Sequence record: SRR16203515_740
Reading direction: 5' to 3' (one strand)
DNA: 41,564 nucleotides
Shown: piece by piece, positions 28,854 through 37,984 of the stretch
How positions within the stretch are numbered: the stretch's first letter is position 1
Layout: every line of letters begins with the position of its first letter
Notes under the pieces: model-generated
Seen by the model: the letters and a program-made list of their open reading frames with translations, nothing else
What the model was told of the DNA's origin: nothing
The model's database searches: none
Position numbers and translations under genes: made by a program

Positions 28854-29426
28854 TTAATACACCGGGGGCGCAATAACCCAGATCGCAATGGCGGGATCAG
28901 GGTAGGGGTTTGACCATTCAAACATTTCACCACGAATGCGGAAGCTATCCCCCGCGCCGACAGTGAATCGACGCCCGCCAATCACCAGATCCAATTTACC
29001 TTGGATGATATAGGCGACTTCTTGGGTGGCGCGTAAAACAGGCTCTGCCGTTTTTGAACCAGGTTCAAAAACCGAATGGATCATTTCGAAATCATCAGTC
29101 AAATCTGGTGAGAGTAGCCCCTCTTTCAAACCCGTTTGACGTTCTGAAATATCGCGTCGCGCATTTGCACGCACGATATATCCCTGTTCAATTTCAGGGA
29201 TGGTTTCCGCTAGCCCGAAAATCGCCTCAGACACATCAAGAGTTTTTGCAAGTTCTGCGATATCTTCTGCTGTGGGGGTCGAAAGATCACGTTCAACTTG
29301 GCTAAGCCATCCAACAGATTTCCCCATGCTTTCCGCCATCTGAGACAGTGTCAGGCCACGCGCCTTGCGCAAGGTGCGGACATCTGCACCAAGTGTTTTT
29401 TGCGCAATCTGGGTCTGGCTCGTCAT
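28854..29426 (-). CDS. XRE-HTH / cupin transcriptional regulator
   Basis: LGADVRTLRKARGLTL...SVGWLSQVER helix-turn-helix and a C-terminal cupin (GDSF, WVIAPPVY). Confidence 0.92.
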   Translation of the reverse strand: MTSQTQIAQKTLGADVRTLRKARGLTLSQMAESMGKSVGWLSQVERDLSTPTAEDIAELAKTLDVSEAIFGLAETIPEIEQGYIVRANARRDISERQTGLKEGLLSPDLTDDFEMIHSVFEPGSKTAEPVLRATQEVAYIIQGKLDLVIGGRRFTVGAGDSFRIRGEMFEWSNPYPDPAIAIWVIAPPVY

Positions 29427-29436
29427 GGGTTATCCG

Positions 29437-29460
29437 TGAAAATTTCATTAATAATTTCAT
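29437..29460. promoter_or_regulatory. Candidate operator of the XRE-cupin regulator
   Basis: TGAAA-A-TTTCA palindrome (29437-29447) and AATTTCAT direct repeat with 12-bp period, just upstream of the regulator start. Confidence 0.45.
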
Positions 29461-29563
29461 GATTGCCGCAGAAACCTGATTCTTGCAACGAAAATCTTGA
29501 TTGAGGATCGGTGTTATCAAGGCTAAAGCAAAGAGATCCTTTATCATGCAGGAATTCGTTTTC

Positions 29564-30220
29564 ATGCCGCCTTTCCAATCTGAATATAACCCACCCAATG
29601 ATCCGATAGAGGTGGTCTATGAAGATGCGCATGTCGTGGCGGTGAACAAGCCCACAGGGTTGTTGTCGGTACCAGGCAAAGGTGCACATCTTTCTGATTG
29701 TATGCTGTCGCGTGTTATGGTCGCCTTTCCCGATGCGTTACTGGTGCATCGATTGGATCGGGATACATCTGGGGTGATGGTTTTTGCGCTGACAGCGCAT
29801 GCGCAACGGTCAATGTCGATGCAATTCGAAGCGCGCAGCACGAAAAAGACATATGTAGCCTGCGTTGCGGGTGCGGTTCAGGAAAGCGAAGGCGAAATTG
29901 ATTTGCCCCTAATCGTTGACTGGCCCAATCGACCAAAGCAGATGGTGTGCCACGAAACGGGGAAACCTGCGGTGACAGAATTCAAACGTATGTCTGTTAC
30001 GGATGGGCAATCGCGTTTGCGCCTATTTCCTAAAACGGGACGGTCGCATCAGTTGCGCGTGCATTGTTTGGCGATTGGGCACCCGATTTTGGGTGATCCG
30101 CTTTATGCCCCCGAAACCGTTGCGGATTTTCCACGTCTTTTTTTGCATTCAGAAGAGTTGCGCATAAACCACCCAGAAAGCGGAAAAGGATTGCGGTTCC
30201 GTACAAAATGCCCGTTTTGA
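29564..30220 (+). CDS. RluA family pseudouridine synthase
   Basis: VNKPTGL, catalytic HRLDRDTSG, TGRSHQLRVH, GDPLY. Confidence 0.93.
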   Translation: MPPFQSEYNPPNDPIEVVYEDAHVVAVNKPTGLLSVPGKGAHLSDCMLSRVMVAFPDALLVHRLDRDTSGVMVFALTAHAQRSMSMQFEARSTKKTYVACVAGAVQESEGEIDLPLIVDWPNRPKQMVCHETGKPAVTEFKRMSVTDGQSRLRLFPKTGRSHQLRVHCLAIGHPILGDPLYAPETVADFPRLFLHSEELRINHPESGKGLRFRTKCPF

Positions 30221-30272
30221 TGGTTTAAGTTGCCCCAAACTGCTTATATGCAGCGATAGGTAAGTGGGGATA

Positions 30273-30881
30273 ATGATGATTAAATGGATTTTTAGACTGA
30301 TATTGATCACGTTGTTGGCGGCGGTTTTACACTATAATCTGCCTCATCGGGACATTGTGCGTATTACAGATACTTATGAAAAACGTGTCGACCCTGGCGC
30401 AAATAGTTGGTTTTGGTCATCGGGCGATGCGGGAAGTGCCGCGGGCACCCCAAACCGTGATGTGTTTTTCATACAGACGACAGATGCCAATGGGAACCCG
30501 CGCGTCTATCGTAACGAAGACACAGGGTTCGGGTGGCCACCCTATTTTAAATTCAACACCTCAAACCTGCAGGCGCGTGCAGCAGATCTGATTTCAAAGG
30601 CAGATGATGAAACACCCCAATGGGTTGCTGTGACACATTATGGATGGCGCAACGAATTGCTGTCGATTTTCCCAAATGCAACCAACGTAAAGCCTGTTGA
30701 TGTGCCAGATGTACAATTGATCCCATGGTTCAACATTGTGTTTCTGATTGTGTTCGCGGCCGTATTTTGGGCGGTTTGGGTGCGCTGGGTGCGGTTTCGC
30801 CGCGCCAAGATTGACCCGACAACGGAACGTATCAGTGATTGGTTTGCCGATAAATGGGATCGCATGCGCGGACGCGGCTGA
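30273..30881 (+). CDS. DUF1523 family membrane protein
   Basis: LHYNLP, VYRNEDTGFGWPPYFKF, HYGWR, IPWFN, with N- and C-terminal TM segments. Confidence 0.85.
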   Translation: MMIKWIFRLILITLLAAVLHYNLPHRDIVRITDTYEKRVDPGANSWFWSSGDAGSAAGTPNRDVFFIQTTDANGNPRVYRNEDTGFGWPPYFKFNTSNLQARAADLISKADDETPQWVAVTHYGWRNELLSIFPNATNVKPVDVPDVQLIPWFNIVFLIVFAAVFWAVWVRWVRFRRAKIDPTTERISDWFADKWDRMRGRG

Positions 30882-31652
30882 TTAATCGCGGCTTAACTCG
30901 TGTTCAAAGCGCCGCTTTGCGATTTCTTCGTTGCGTTCGGCAATCATTGAATCCTGTAGGGACGCTTTTACAAAATCCATGTGTGCCTCAACCGCGGCGC
31001 GTGCGGCTGCTGGGTCGCGTTCTTGGATGGCGGTGTTGATCGCTTTGTGTTGGTTCAGCAATTCATCACGTGTTGTGCGCTGTCGGAACATCACCTGACG
31101 ATTGTAAAATACGCCTTCGCGCAACAATTCATACATCGACCGCATCATGTGCAACATGATGACGTTATGACTAGCCTCGATAATGGACAGGTGAAATTCG
31201 GCGTCCAATTGTGCTTCGTCCGTTGGATTTCTTTTTGTATGTGCTGCGGCCATTTTATCGTAAATGGTTTGGATCACCTGTAAATCTGTGTCCGATCCCA
31301 GTCGCGCTGCCCGTTCTGCCGCCAATCCCTCCATATCGCGTCTGAAGGCAACATAATCAAACACCGCCGCATCATGTTCGCTGAACAATGATACGAGCGC
31401 GGGGGAAAATGCATTTCCCAAAACATCGGCCACAAAAATCCCAGCACCCGCGCGGGATGATAGCAGCCCTTTTTCCTGCAAATCCGCAATCGCTTCACGC
31501 AGGGATGGACGCGACACGCCCATACGTTCGGCCAATTCACGTTCAGATGGCAGGCGTTCGCCTGGGCGCAAAATACCCCGAAGGATCAATTCCTCGATCT
31601 GATGTGTGACTGCCTGTGATAGCTTGCCCGCTGTGATTTTTTCAAATGGCAT
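30882..31652 (-). CDS. GntR/FadR family regulator (FCD domain; PdhR/LldR/GlcC-like)
   Basis: PGERLPSERELAERMGVSRPSLREA, DAEFH, ASHN, H...AVEAH. Confidence 0.93.
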   Translation of the reverse strand: MPFEKITAGKLSQAVTHQIEELILRGILRPGERLPSERELAERMGVSRPSLREAIADLQEKGLLSSRAGAGIFVADVLGNAFSPALVSLFSEHDAAVFDYVAFRRDMEGLAAERAARLGSDTDLQVIQTIYDKMAAAHTKRNPTDEAQLDAEFHLSIIEASHNVIMLHMMRSMYELLREGVFYNRQVMFRQRTTRDELLNQHKAINTAIQERDPAAARAAVEAHMDFVKASLQDSMIAERNEEIAKRRFEHELSRD

Positions 31653-31662
31653 GAATAGGCCT

Positions 31663-31687
31663 TATTGGTCTGATGATTTGACCAATA
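31663..31687. promoter_or_regulatory. FadR-type operator (autoregulatory)
   Basis: Perfect inverted repeat TATTGGTC-N9-GACCAATA, 10 nt upstream of the regulator ATG. Confidence 0.75.
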
Positions 31688-31712
31688 TATCGCCTAAGCT
31701 GAAAATGACAAA

Positions 31713-32174
31713 TTATACCTTTGTCAGGTCTTTACTCATAAACACAGAAAATTCAGCGGGTTCGTACGCACCAAAAGGTCCACACAGGACAAACCCCTCG
31801 CGTTCATACAAACGATGCGCATCATTCAGCAATGATCCCGTTTCAAGCTTTAATTGTGACAGCCCTAAATCCCTTGCGGTTGCTTCAATGTGCTGAATTA
31901 TCTTTTGCCCCAACCCACGACCACGTGCGGCGGGGTCGGTGAAAATGGATTTCAACTCGCCATATCCGTTTTTGACAGCAAGAGCGCCACAGGCCCAATA
32001 AACCCCATCAACCCGCACACCGAAAAAATGAATCCGCGCGTCACACAATGCGTCAATAGATAGAAAATGGTTCGCTTCGGCGGGAAATAAACTGCCCATC
32101 AAATCATGGCTGGCCTGTAACAAGTTGCGAATTTCAGGATGTCTGGGGGAAGCGTATTCAATTGAAATTGTCAT
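31713..32174 (-). CDS. GNAT family N-acetyltransferase
   Basis: ELKSIFTDPAARGRGLG acetyl-CoA motif, LETG, AHRLYEREGF, GPFGAY. Confidence 0.92.
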   Translation of the reverse strand: MTISIEYASPRHPEIRNLLQASHDLMGSLFPAEANHFLSIDALCDARIHFFGVRVDGVYWACGALAVKNGYGELKSIFTDPAARGRGLGQKIIQHIEATARDLGLSQLKLETGSLLNDAHRLYEREGFVLCGPFGAYEPAEFSVFMSKDLTKV

Positions 32175-32213
32175 TTAGGGGTCTTTTGAAATCTTTGGTT
32201 TAGGCGTCCATAT

Positions 32214-32232
32214 CACAATATATTGTGGATAA
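32214..32232. promoter_or_regulatory. NrdR-type palindrome overlapping a perfect DnaA box upstream of smc
   Basis: CACAATATATTGTG (32214-32227) and TGTGGATAA, i.e. TTATCCACA on the minus strand (32224-32232). Confidence 0.65.
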
Positions 32233-32329
32233 CTTTCCTTTGAATGGCAAGATCATGGGTGTCCATGTTGACTCAATTTCCTGCGCGTAGGACCATCAAC
32301 GTCAGAGAATCAATAATTGGGCAACTATT

Positions 32330-35300
32330 TTGCGCTTCACGCGACTGAAACTAACAGGCTTCAAAAGCTTTGTAGATCCAACTGAACTTCTGATTCAGGA
32401 TGGTCTGACTGGGGTGGTCGGCCCGAATGGATGTGGAAAGTCGAACTTGTTGGAAGCCTTGCGGTGGGTCATGGGCGAAAATCGCCCAACTGCGATGCGC
32501 GGCGGTGGTATGGAGGATGTGATTTTCGCCGGCGCTGCAACGCGCCCTGCGCGCAATTTCGCAGAAGTGTCACTGACCCTTGATAATTCAGAACGGCTTG
32601 CCCCCAGCGGATTTAACGACAGCGATGTGTTGGATATTGTCCGCCGCATCACCCGCGAAGTGGGCAGTGCGTATAAAGTCCTGGGCAAAGATGTGCGTGC
32701 CCGCGATGTTCAAATGCTTTTCGCTGATGCGTCAACAGGGGCGCATTCCCCTGCCTTGGTCCGTCAGGGACAAATTTCGGAACTGATCAACGCAAAGCCC
32801 AAGAATCGTCGCCGGATTTTGGAAGAGGCCGCGGGGATTTCGGGGCTGTATCAACGTCGTCACGAAGCCGAGCTGAAATTGAAATCAGCCGAGGCGAACC
32901 TTTTGCGTGTTGATGACGTTATTGAACAGCTGAGCAATCAGTTGGCTCAACTGATGCGGCAGGCCAAGCAGGCGGCGCGATATCGTGAAATTGGTGAAAG
33001 CCTGAGACACGCAGAAGGGTTGTTGTTGTTCCAACGCTGGCAAGAGGCGGATCATGCACGTCTGTCCGCAGAACAACAGTTGAAAGAGCGTATCCTAGCT
33101 GCGTCCCAATCCGAGGCCGAAGTGCGGATGTCCACCAAGGCACGCGAAGCTGCAGAAGACGCGATGCCGCCCCTGCGCGAAGAAGAGGCCGTGGCATCGG
33201 CCATCTTGCAACGTTTGAACGTGCAGCGCGACAGCCTAAACGAGCAAGAAACACAGGCCAAAGAGCGTATTCAGACGCTGGAAAATAGAATTGAACAGCT
33301 GCTTCAAGATATGGAGCGCGAAACGGGCCTGAACAAAGACGCGGGCGAAACGATCGAACGTTTAGAGTGGGAAGCGCGCGAATTGGCCAAGGCGACCGAA
33401 GGTCAGGACGAAAAGCTGGCCTCAGCGCAAGGAGCAGCGCAGGATGCCGCAGGTGTTTTACAAGACCGAGAAGCCGAGCTGTCAGAAAAGACCGAAGATG
33501 TCGCGCGGCTTGCGGCCCGTCATCAAAGCGCGCAGCGCCTGTTTGATGACATGAAGAAAACGGTCGAAAGATCAGAAGCCTCGGCTGATACGGCCCGTCA
33601 ATCACGAGAAGAGGCAGAAGAAAAGCTATCGCATGTGGCGCAGCTTCTTGAAGAGGCAACAGCACGCTCTGAAACGGCGGTTGCGGCGTCGGTGCGGGCA
33701 GAACAGTCGTTGGCCACGATTGAGCAGGCGCGAAGTGAAACACAATCACGCGAAGCAGAGGCGCGCGCAGAGAGATCAGAAGCAGAGGGGGAAACCAACG
33801 CGATCCGTGCCGAGGTAACGGCGCTGGCGAAATTGGTTGAACGCGATACCGCAGAAGGGGGCCAAATCATTGACCGCCTGCAGGTTGAAAAAGGGTTTGA
33901 AAAGGCGCTGGGCGCTGCATTGGCCGATGATTTGCGTGCACCTGAAGTCGATGTTGATGGTCCAACCGGATGGGCAGTGTTGCCCGCCTATGGTGAGGAT
34001 CAACAATTACCGGACGGTGTCACCGCATTGTCGCAACATGTGTCAGTTCCCGATGTATTGGGACGGCGTATGGGGCAGATCGGTTTGGTTGATGCAGATG
34101 ACGGAAACCGTTTGCAGCCTTTGTTGAAACCTGGGCAGCGGTTGGTTAGTACCGAAGGGGACGTTTGGCGTTGGGATGGGTTCCGCGCCTGGGCCGAAGA
34201 TGCCCCATCCTCAGCCGCGTTACGATTACAACAATTGAACCGTTTGGAAGAGCTAAAGCAATTGTTAGAGCGTGCAACAGTGCGCATGGGGGCTGCGCAA
34301 AAAGCGCACGAAAGCCTTAGCGATTTATTGGCAGAGCAATCGCGCACGGAGCGCGAGGCACGTGATGCACGCAGAGACGCGGACCGCGAAGTTGGTGAAG
34401 CCGCCCGTTTCATGAGCCGTGCAGAGGCGGACCGCGATATGGCGCAGGGCCGTATTGAAACCCTAAAGCTTGCGGTGGAGAGGTATGAGGAAGAGGCAAA
34501 TATTGCCATTCGTCAACGCAACGAAGCGGAAAACGCCCTCAAATCCCTTGGTGATTTGGAAGCGGCGCGAGATGAAATCGAAGATTTGCGCATGACCGTA
34601 GAGGCCGCGCGGATGACAATGATGACCAAGCGGTCAACTTTTGATGAGGTGCGCCGTGAGGGCGAGGCACGCACGCGTCGAAGCCAAGAAGTGACAAAAG
34701 AGTTAAGCGGTTGGCGCCACCGATTGGAAACTGCAGAGAAGCGATCCGCAGAATTGTTTGAGCGTAAAGGACAAGCCGAAGAGGAGTTGGCGACAGCTGT
34801 TGCAGCACCAACCGAAATTGCGGCGCAGCGCGATGCCTTGGGTCAGGCGATTGGGGATGCAGAAAAACGCCGACAGGCCGCGGCAGATCAGCTTGCCATT
34901 GGGGAAACGCAGGTGCGTGAAGCGATGAACAAGGAGCGCGATTTAGAGCGCGCAGCATCAGAAGCGCGCGAGGTCCGCGCGGCCGCAGAGGCGCGCACAG
35001 AAGCCGCACGCGAGGCCGTTCAATCCGCAAAAGACCGCATTCAAGAAGTGTTGGAAACCACGCCAGAAGCGCTGTTGGAAAACTTGAATACGGATGCAGA
35101 AAGAATGCCGCCCTCTGATCAGGTTGAGGCAGAGGTCAATCGTCTGAAACGACAGCGTGACGCACTGGGGGCCGTTAATTTGCGTGCGGAGGAAGATGCG
35201 CGTGAAGTTGAACATGAACACGCACAATTATTGAACGAAAAGACGGACCTAGAAGAAGCGATCAAAGCGCTGCGAGGTGGGATCGCAAGCCTGAATCGAG

Positions 35301-35785
35301 AAGGGCGCGAACGTTTGTTGACGGCTTTTGAGCAAGTCAACGAGAATTTCGGAAACTTGTTTAAACACTTGTTCGGTGGCGGTGAAGCCAATTTGGTTTT
35401 GGTGGAAAGTGAAGATCCACTGGATGCGGGTCTGGAAATTATGTGTCAACCACCTGGTAAGAAATTGGCGACGCTGTCCCTGTTGTCGGGTGGGGAACAA
35501 ACGTTGACCGCACTTGCGTTGATCTTTGCTGTGTTCTTGGCAAACCCTGCGCCAATTTGTGTGTTGGATGAGGTTGATGCGCCGTTGGATGATGCAAACG
35601 TCACGCGGTTCTGCGATTTGCTGGACGAAATGTGCCGCCGTACGGACACACGGTTCCTAATTATCACGCACCACGCGGTGACGATGGCACGCATGGATCG
35701 ACTGTTTGGTGTGACCATGCAGGAACAAGGTGTCAGTCAATTGGTGTCAGTCGATCTGAAAAAGGCGGAACAACTGGTCGCCTAA
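32330..35785 (+). CDS. smc: Chromosome segregation protein SMC
   Basis: GFKSF, GPNGCGKSN, long coiled coils around a hinge, LSGGE, LDEVDAPLD, IITH. TTG start. Confidence 0.98.
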   Translation: MRFTRLKLTGFKSFVDPTELLIQDGLTGVVGPNGCGKSNLLEALRWVMGENRPTAMRGGGMEDVIFAGAATRPARNFAEVSLTLDNSERLAPSGFNDSDVLDIVRRITREVGSAYKVLGKDVRARDVQMLFADASTGAHSPALVRQGQISELINAKPKNRRRILEEAAGISGLYQRRHEAELKLKSAEANLLRVDDVIEQLSNQLAQLMRQAKQAARYREIGESLRHAEGLLLFQRWQEADHARLSAEQQLKERILAASQSEAEVRMSTKAREAAEDAMPPLREEEAVASAILQRLNVQRDSLNEQETQAKERIQTLENRIEQLLQDMERETGLNKDAGETIERLEWEARELAKATEGQDEKLASAQGAAQDAAGVLQDREAELSEKTEDVARLAARHQSAQRLFDDMKKTVERSEASADTARQSREEAEEKLSHVAQLLEEATARSETAVAASVRAEQSLATIEQARSETQSREAEARAERSEAEGETNAIRAEVTALAKLVERDTAEGGQIIDRLQVEKGFEKALGAALADDLRAPEVDVDGPTGWAVLPAYGEDQQLPDGVTALSQHVSVPDVLGRRMGQIGLVDADDGNRLQPLLKPGQRLVSTEGDVWRWDGFRAWAEDAPSSAALRLQQLNRLEELKQLLERATVRMGAAQKAHESLSDLLAEQSRTEREARDARRDADREVGEAARFMSRAEADRDMAQGRIETLKLAVERYEEEANIAIRQRNEAENALKSLGDLEAARDEIEDLRMTVEAARMTMMTKRSTFDEVRREGEARTRRSQEVTKELSGWRHRLETAEKRSAELFERKGQAEEELATAVAAPTEIAAQRDALGQAIGDAEKRRQAAADQLAIGETQVREAMNKERDLERAASEAREVRAAAEARTEAAREAVQSAKDRIQEVLETTPEALLENLNTDAERMPPSDQVEAEVNRLKRQRDALGAVNLRAEEDAREVEHEHAQLLNEKTDLEEAIKALRGGIASLNREGRERLLTAFEQVNENFGNLFKHLFGGGEANLVLVESEDPLDAGLEIMCQPPGKKLATLSLLSGGEQTLTALALIFAVFLANPAPICVLDEVDAPLDDANVTRFCDLLDEMCRRTDTRFLIITHHAVTMARMDRLFGVTMQEQGVSQLVSVDLKKAEQLVA

Positions 35786-35843
35786 TCGGGATTTTGTGCG
35801 CCGCTCGTGCAGGGGCACATCGCCCCACCCGCCATCCCGTAGG

Positions 35844-37016
35844 TCAGAGACGGTTAAGCAGGTCGTGTGTTGGCCAAGCGTCTGCGGGTAATCCCAATTT
35901 TTGCTGAACGTTTTGTACGGCGGCACGTGTATATGCGCCCAAAATCCCATCCACTTTGCCGACATTATAACCAAGCGCCTGAAGCCGCGTTTGAAGTCGT
36001 TTCATTTCAGCACCCGACAGTGCGGGATCTGGTGACCCAGCAATGTAAGGCGATGCACCTTCCAGACGGGTTGCGAAATAGGCGGCGGTTGTCACATACA
36101 CAAAGCTTTGGTTCCATTCAAAATAGACCTGAAAATTCGGGTAAGCGATGAACGCGGGCCCTTTGCGCCCTTGGGGAAGAATAATTGAGGCTTGCCAAGA
36201 GGCATCGCCAAGGCGGCCTTCGCGCGGGGTTACGCCCAATCGTTGCCATTCGCGCACAGATTTCTGTTTGTCCAACCCTGTTTCACCCCATGGCAAGTTA
36301 TTTGGAACAACCACCTCTTGTAGCCACGGTTGGCCGGCACGCCAGCCCAAGTTGGACAGCATGTGTGCCCCGCTCAACAAGGCATCTGCAGCAGAGGTTT
36401 TCAGGTTGATCTGACCATCCCCATCGCCGTCAATTCCGCTTTCAATGATGTCACCCGGCAGCATTTGAACCATCCCGATTTCACCCGCCCAGGCGCCCGT
36501 CGTTGAAAGGGGGTCAAAATCACCACGCGTAAATAATTCAAGGGCTGCGAAAACCTGAGGTCGGAACAATTCAGGTCGGCGGCAGTCATGCGAAAGCGTG
36601 ACCAAAGCGTTCAGCGTGTTGAAATCGCCTTGGAAGGCGCCAAAGTCCGTTTCAAACGCCCAAAATGCCGTCAACACGCCCCGCGAAATTCCGTAATCGC
36701 GTTCAATACGGTCAAAAACAGCCTTATATTTTTTCAGGTTTTTTGCCCCATGATCGCGTCGATGTTTGCTGATCAGGCGGCCCGAAAATTCCAGAAAGGG
36801 GAGTTGGAATACACCTTGTGAACGATCAGCTTTGATCACTTTGGGATCTTGGGCCACCCCTGAAAAAAAACTGTTCACCTGACGATCAGAGTACCCTAAA
36901 TCACGCGCTTCTGATTTTAGGCCATTTACAAAGCTGTCAAATGATCCACCGCACTGTGCAGCATGAACTGCGGATGAGAGCAATAGGGTTGCAAGGACAG
37001 ATAAAATTAGGCGCAC
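35844..37016 (-). CDS. Lytic murein transglycosylase (MltB/SltB family) with C-terminal peptidoglycan-binding domain
   Basis: Signal peptide, WAFETDFG catalytic Glu, GAWAGEIG, EF-hand-like DGDGDGQ, VDGILGAYTRAAV. GAGGAGG SD before GTG 37016. Confidence 0.92.
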   Translation of the reverse strand: MRLILSVLATLLLSSAVHAAQCGGSFDSFVNGLKSEARDLGYSDRQVNSFFSGVAQDPKVIKADRSQGVFQLPFLEFSGRLISKHRRDHGAKNLKKYKAVFDRIERDYGISRGVLTAFWAFETDFGAFQGDFNTLNALVTLSHDCRRPELFRPQVFAALELFTRGDFDPLSTTGAWAGEIGMVQMLPGDIIESGIDGDGDGQINLKTSAADALLSGAHMLSNLGWRAGQPWLQEVVVPNNLPWGETGLDKQKSVREWQRLGVTPREGRLGDASWQASIILPQGRKGPAFIAYPNFQVYFEWNQSFVYVTTAAYFATRLEGASPYIAGSPDPALSGAEMKRLQTRLQALGYNVGKVDGILGAYTRAAVQNVQQKLGLPADAWPTHDLLNRL

Positions 37017-37079
37017 GCCAGCCTCCTCAAATTTATTTAGTTGACAGTAACAAGCAAATCGCAAACTGCATACGGGGAA

Positions 37080-37982
37080 TTAAATCAGCGATACGACGAT
37101 GATTGCGATCCATGCCAAGTTCCACGCGCGCCATAAAATTCGAACGGCAGCGTCGACATCATCCGCAGTAATGGTTTGGCGCCCTCTTTCGTTAACCCAA
37201 GGGAGCTGTTGGAGTTGACCATCATAACTGCGTGGACCCGCCAATGCCACGTTGATCGCACGTGCCATTGCGGCCTCGGGCCAGCCCGCGTTCGGGGATT
37301 TATGTCGTTTGGCCTCTGATATAATTGCCCTAAAGTTCACAGAGCGCTTTGCAAAGACCACGATCAACAGCATACTCAGCCGCGCAGGTATCCAATTCAA
37401 AAGATCGTCAATCCGCGCAGATGCCCAGCCAAATTCCAGGTATTTTTCTGTTTTATATCCAATCATGCTGTCCGCTGTATTCACGAACTTATAGACCAAC
37501 ATTGCAGGCAATCCACCGACCAAAAACCAGAATGCAGGTGCGATGACACCGTCGGAAAAATTTTCGGCGGCGGATTCGATGGCCGAACGTGCGACCTGAG
37601 CTTCGTTCATGTCTTTGGTATCGCGGCTGACAATCATTGACACCGCAAACTGACCTTCTTCTATAGACGTGCGCAACCCTGTGGCTACGGCCCTGACATG
37701 ATCGACCAGTGATTTTTGCGCCAAGAGGATGGCCGCAACGATGATTTCAATGACCCATCCAAATTGGCTTAGCAGACTGCCGATGACAGCGGCGGTAAAA
37801 CATAGCAGAGAGAGTGCTAATACACCCTTTGATTTGCGGTCCTGTCCAGTGTTGAGTGTGCGATCCAAAAACGCAACCAACCGTCCCATCAATACAGCGG
37901 GATGAGGCAGGCGATCCCACAGCATACGAGGTTCGCCAAACACCGCATCAAGCAGCATCGCAATAACCAGCTCCCATCCCAT
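37080..37982 (-). CDS. cbiB: Adenosylcobinamide-phosphate synthase (CbiB; CobD in aerobic-pathway naming)
   Basis: GEP...HPAV, IVSRDT, IESAAENFSDG, NTADSMIGY, SPNAGWPEAAMA. Confidence 0.95.
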   Translation of the reverse strand: MGWELVIAMLLDAVFGEPRMLWDRLPHPAVLMGRLVAFLDRTLNTGQDRKSKGVLALSLLCFTAAVIGSLLSQFGWVIEIIVAAILLAQKSLVDHVRAVATGLRTSIEEGQFAVSMIVSRDTKDMNEAQVARSAIESAAENFSDGVIAPAFWFLVGGLPAMLVYKFVNTADSMIGYKTEKYLEFGWASARIDDLLNWIPARLSMLLIVVFAKRSVNFRAIISEAKRHKSPNAGWPEAAMARAINVALAGPRSYDGQLQQLPWVNERGRQTITADDVDAAVRILWRAWNLAWIAIIVVSLI

Positions 37983-37984
37983 GT

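Noticed and set aside
32919..33749. Long antisense ORFs (also 12362-13168 and 16787-17572)
   Set aside because: They lie opposite smc, hisS and nrdJ, show no protein motifs, and are expected from codon bias.
35787..35840. Possible hairpin (CGGGAT...ATCCCG) between convergent smc and transglycosylase
   Set aside because: Short interrupted stems and no U-tract; not enough to call a terminator or RNA.
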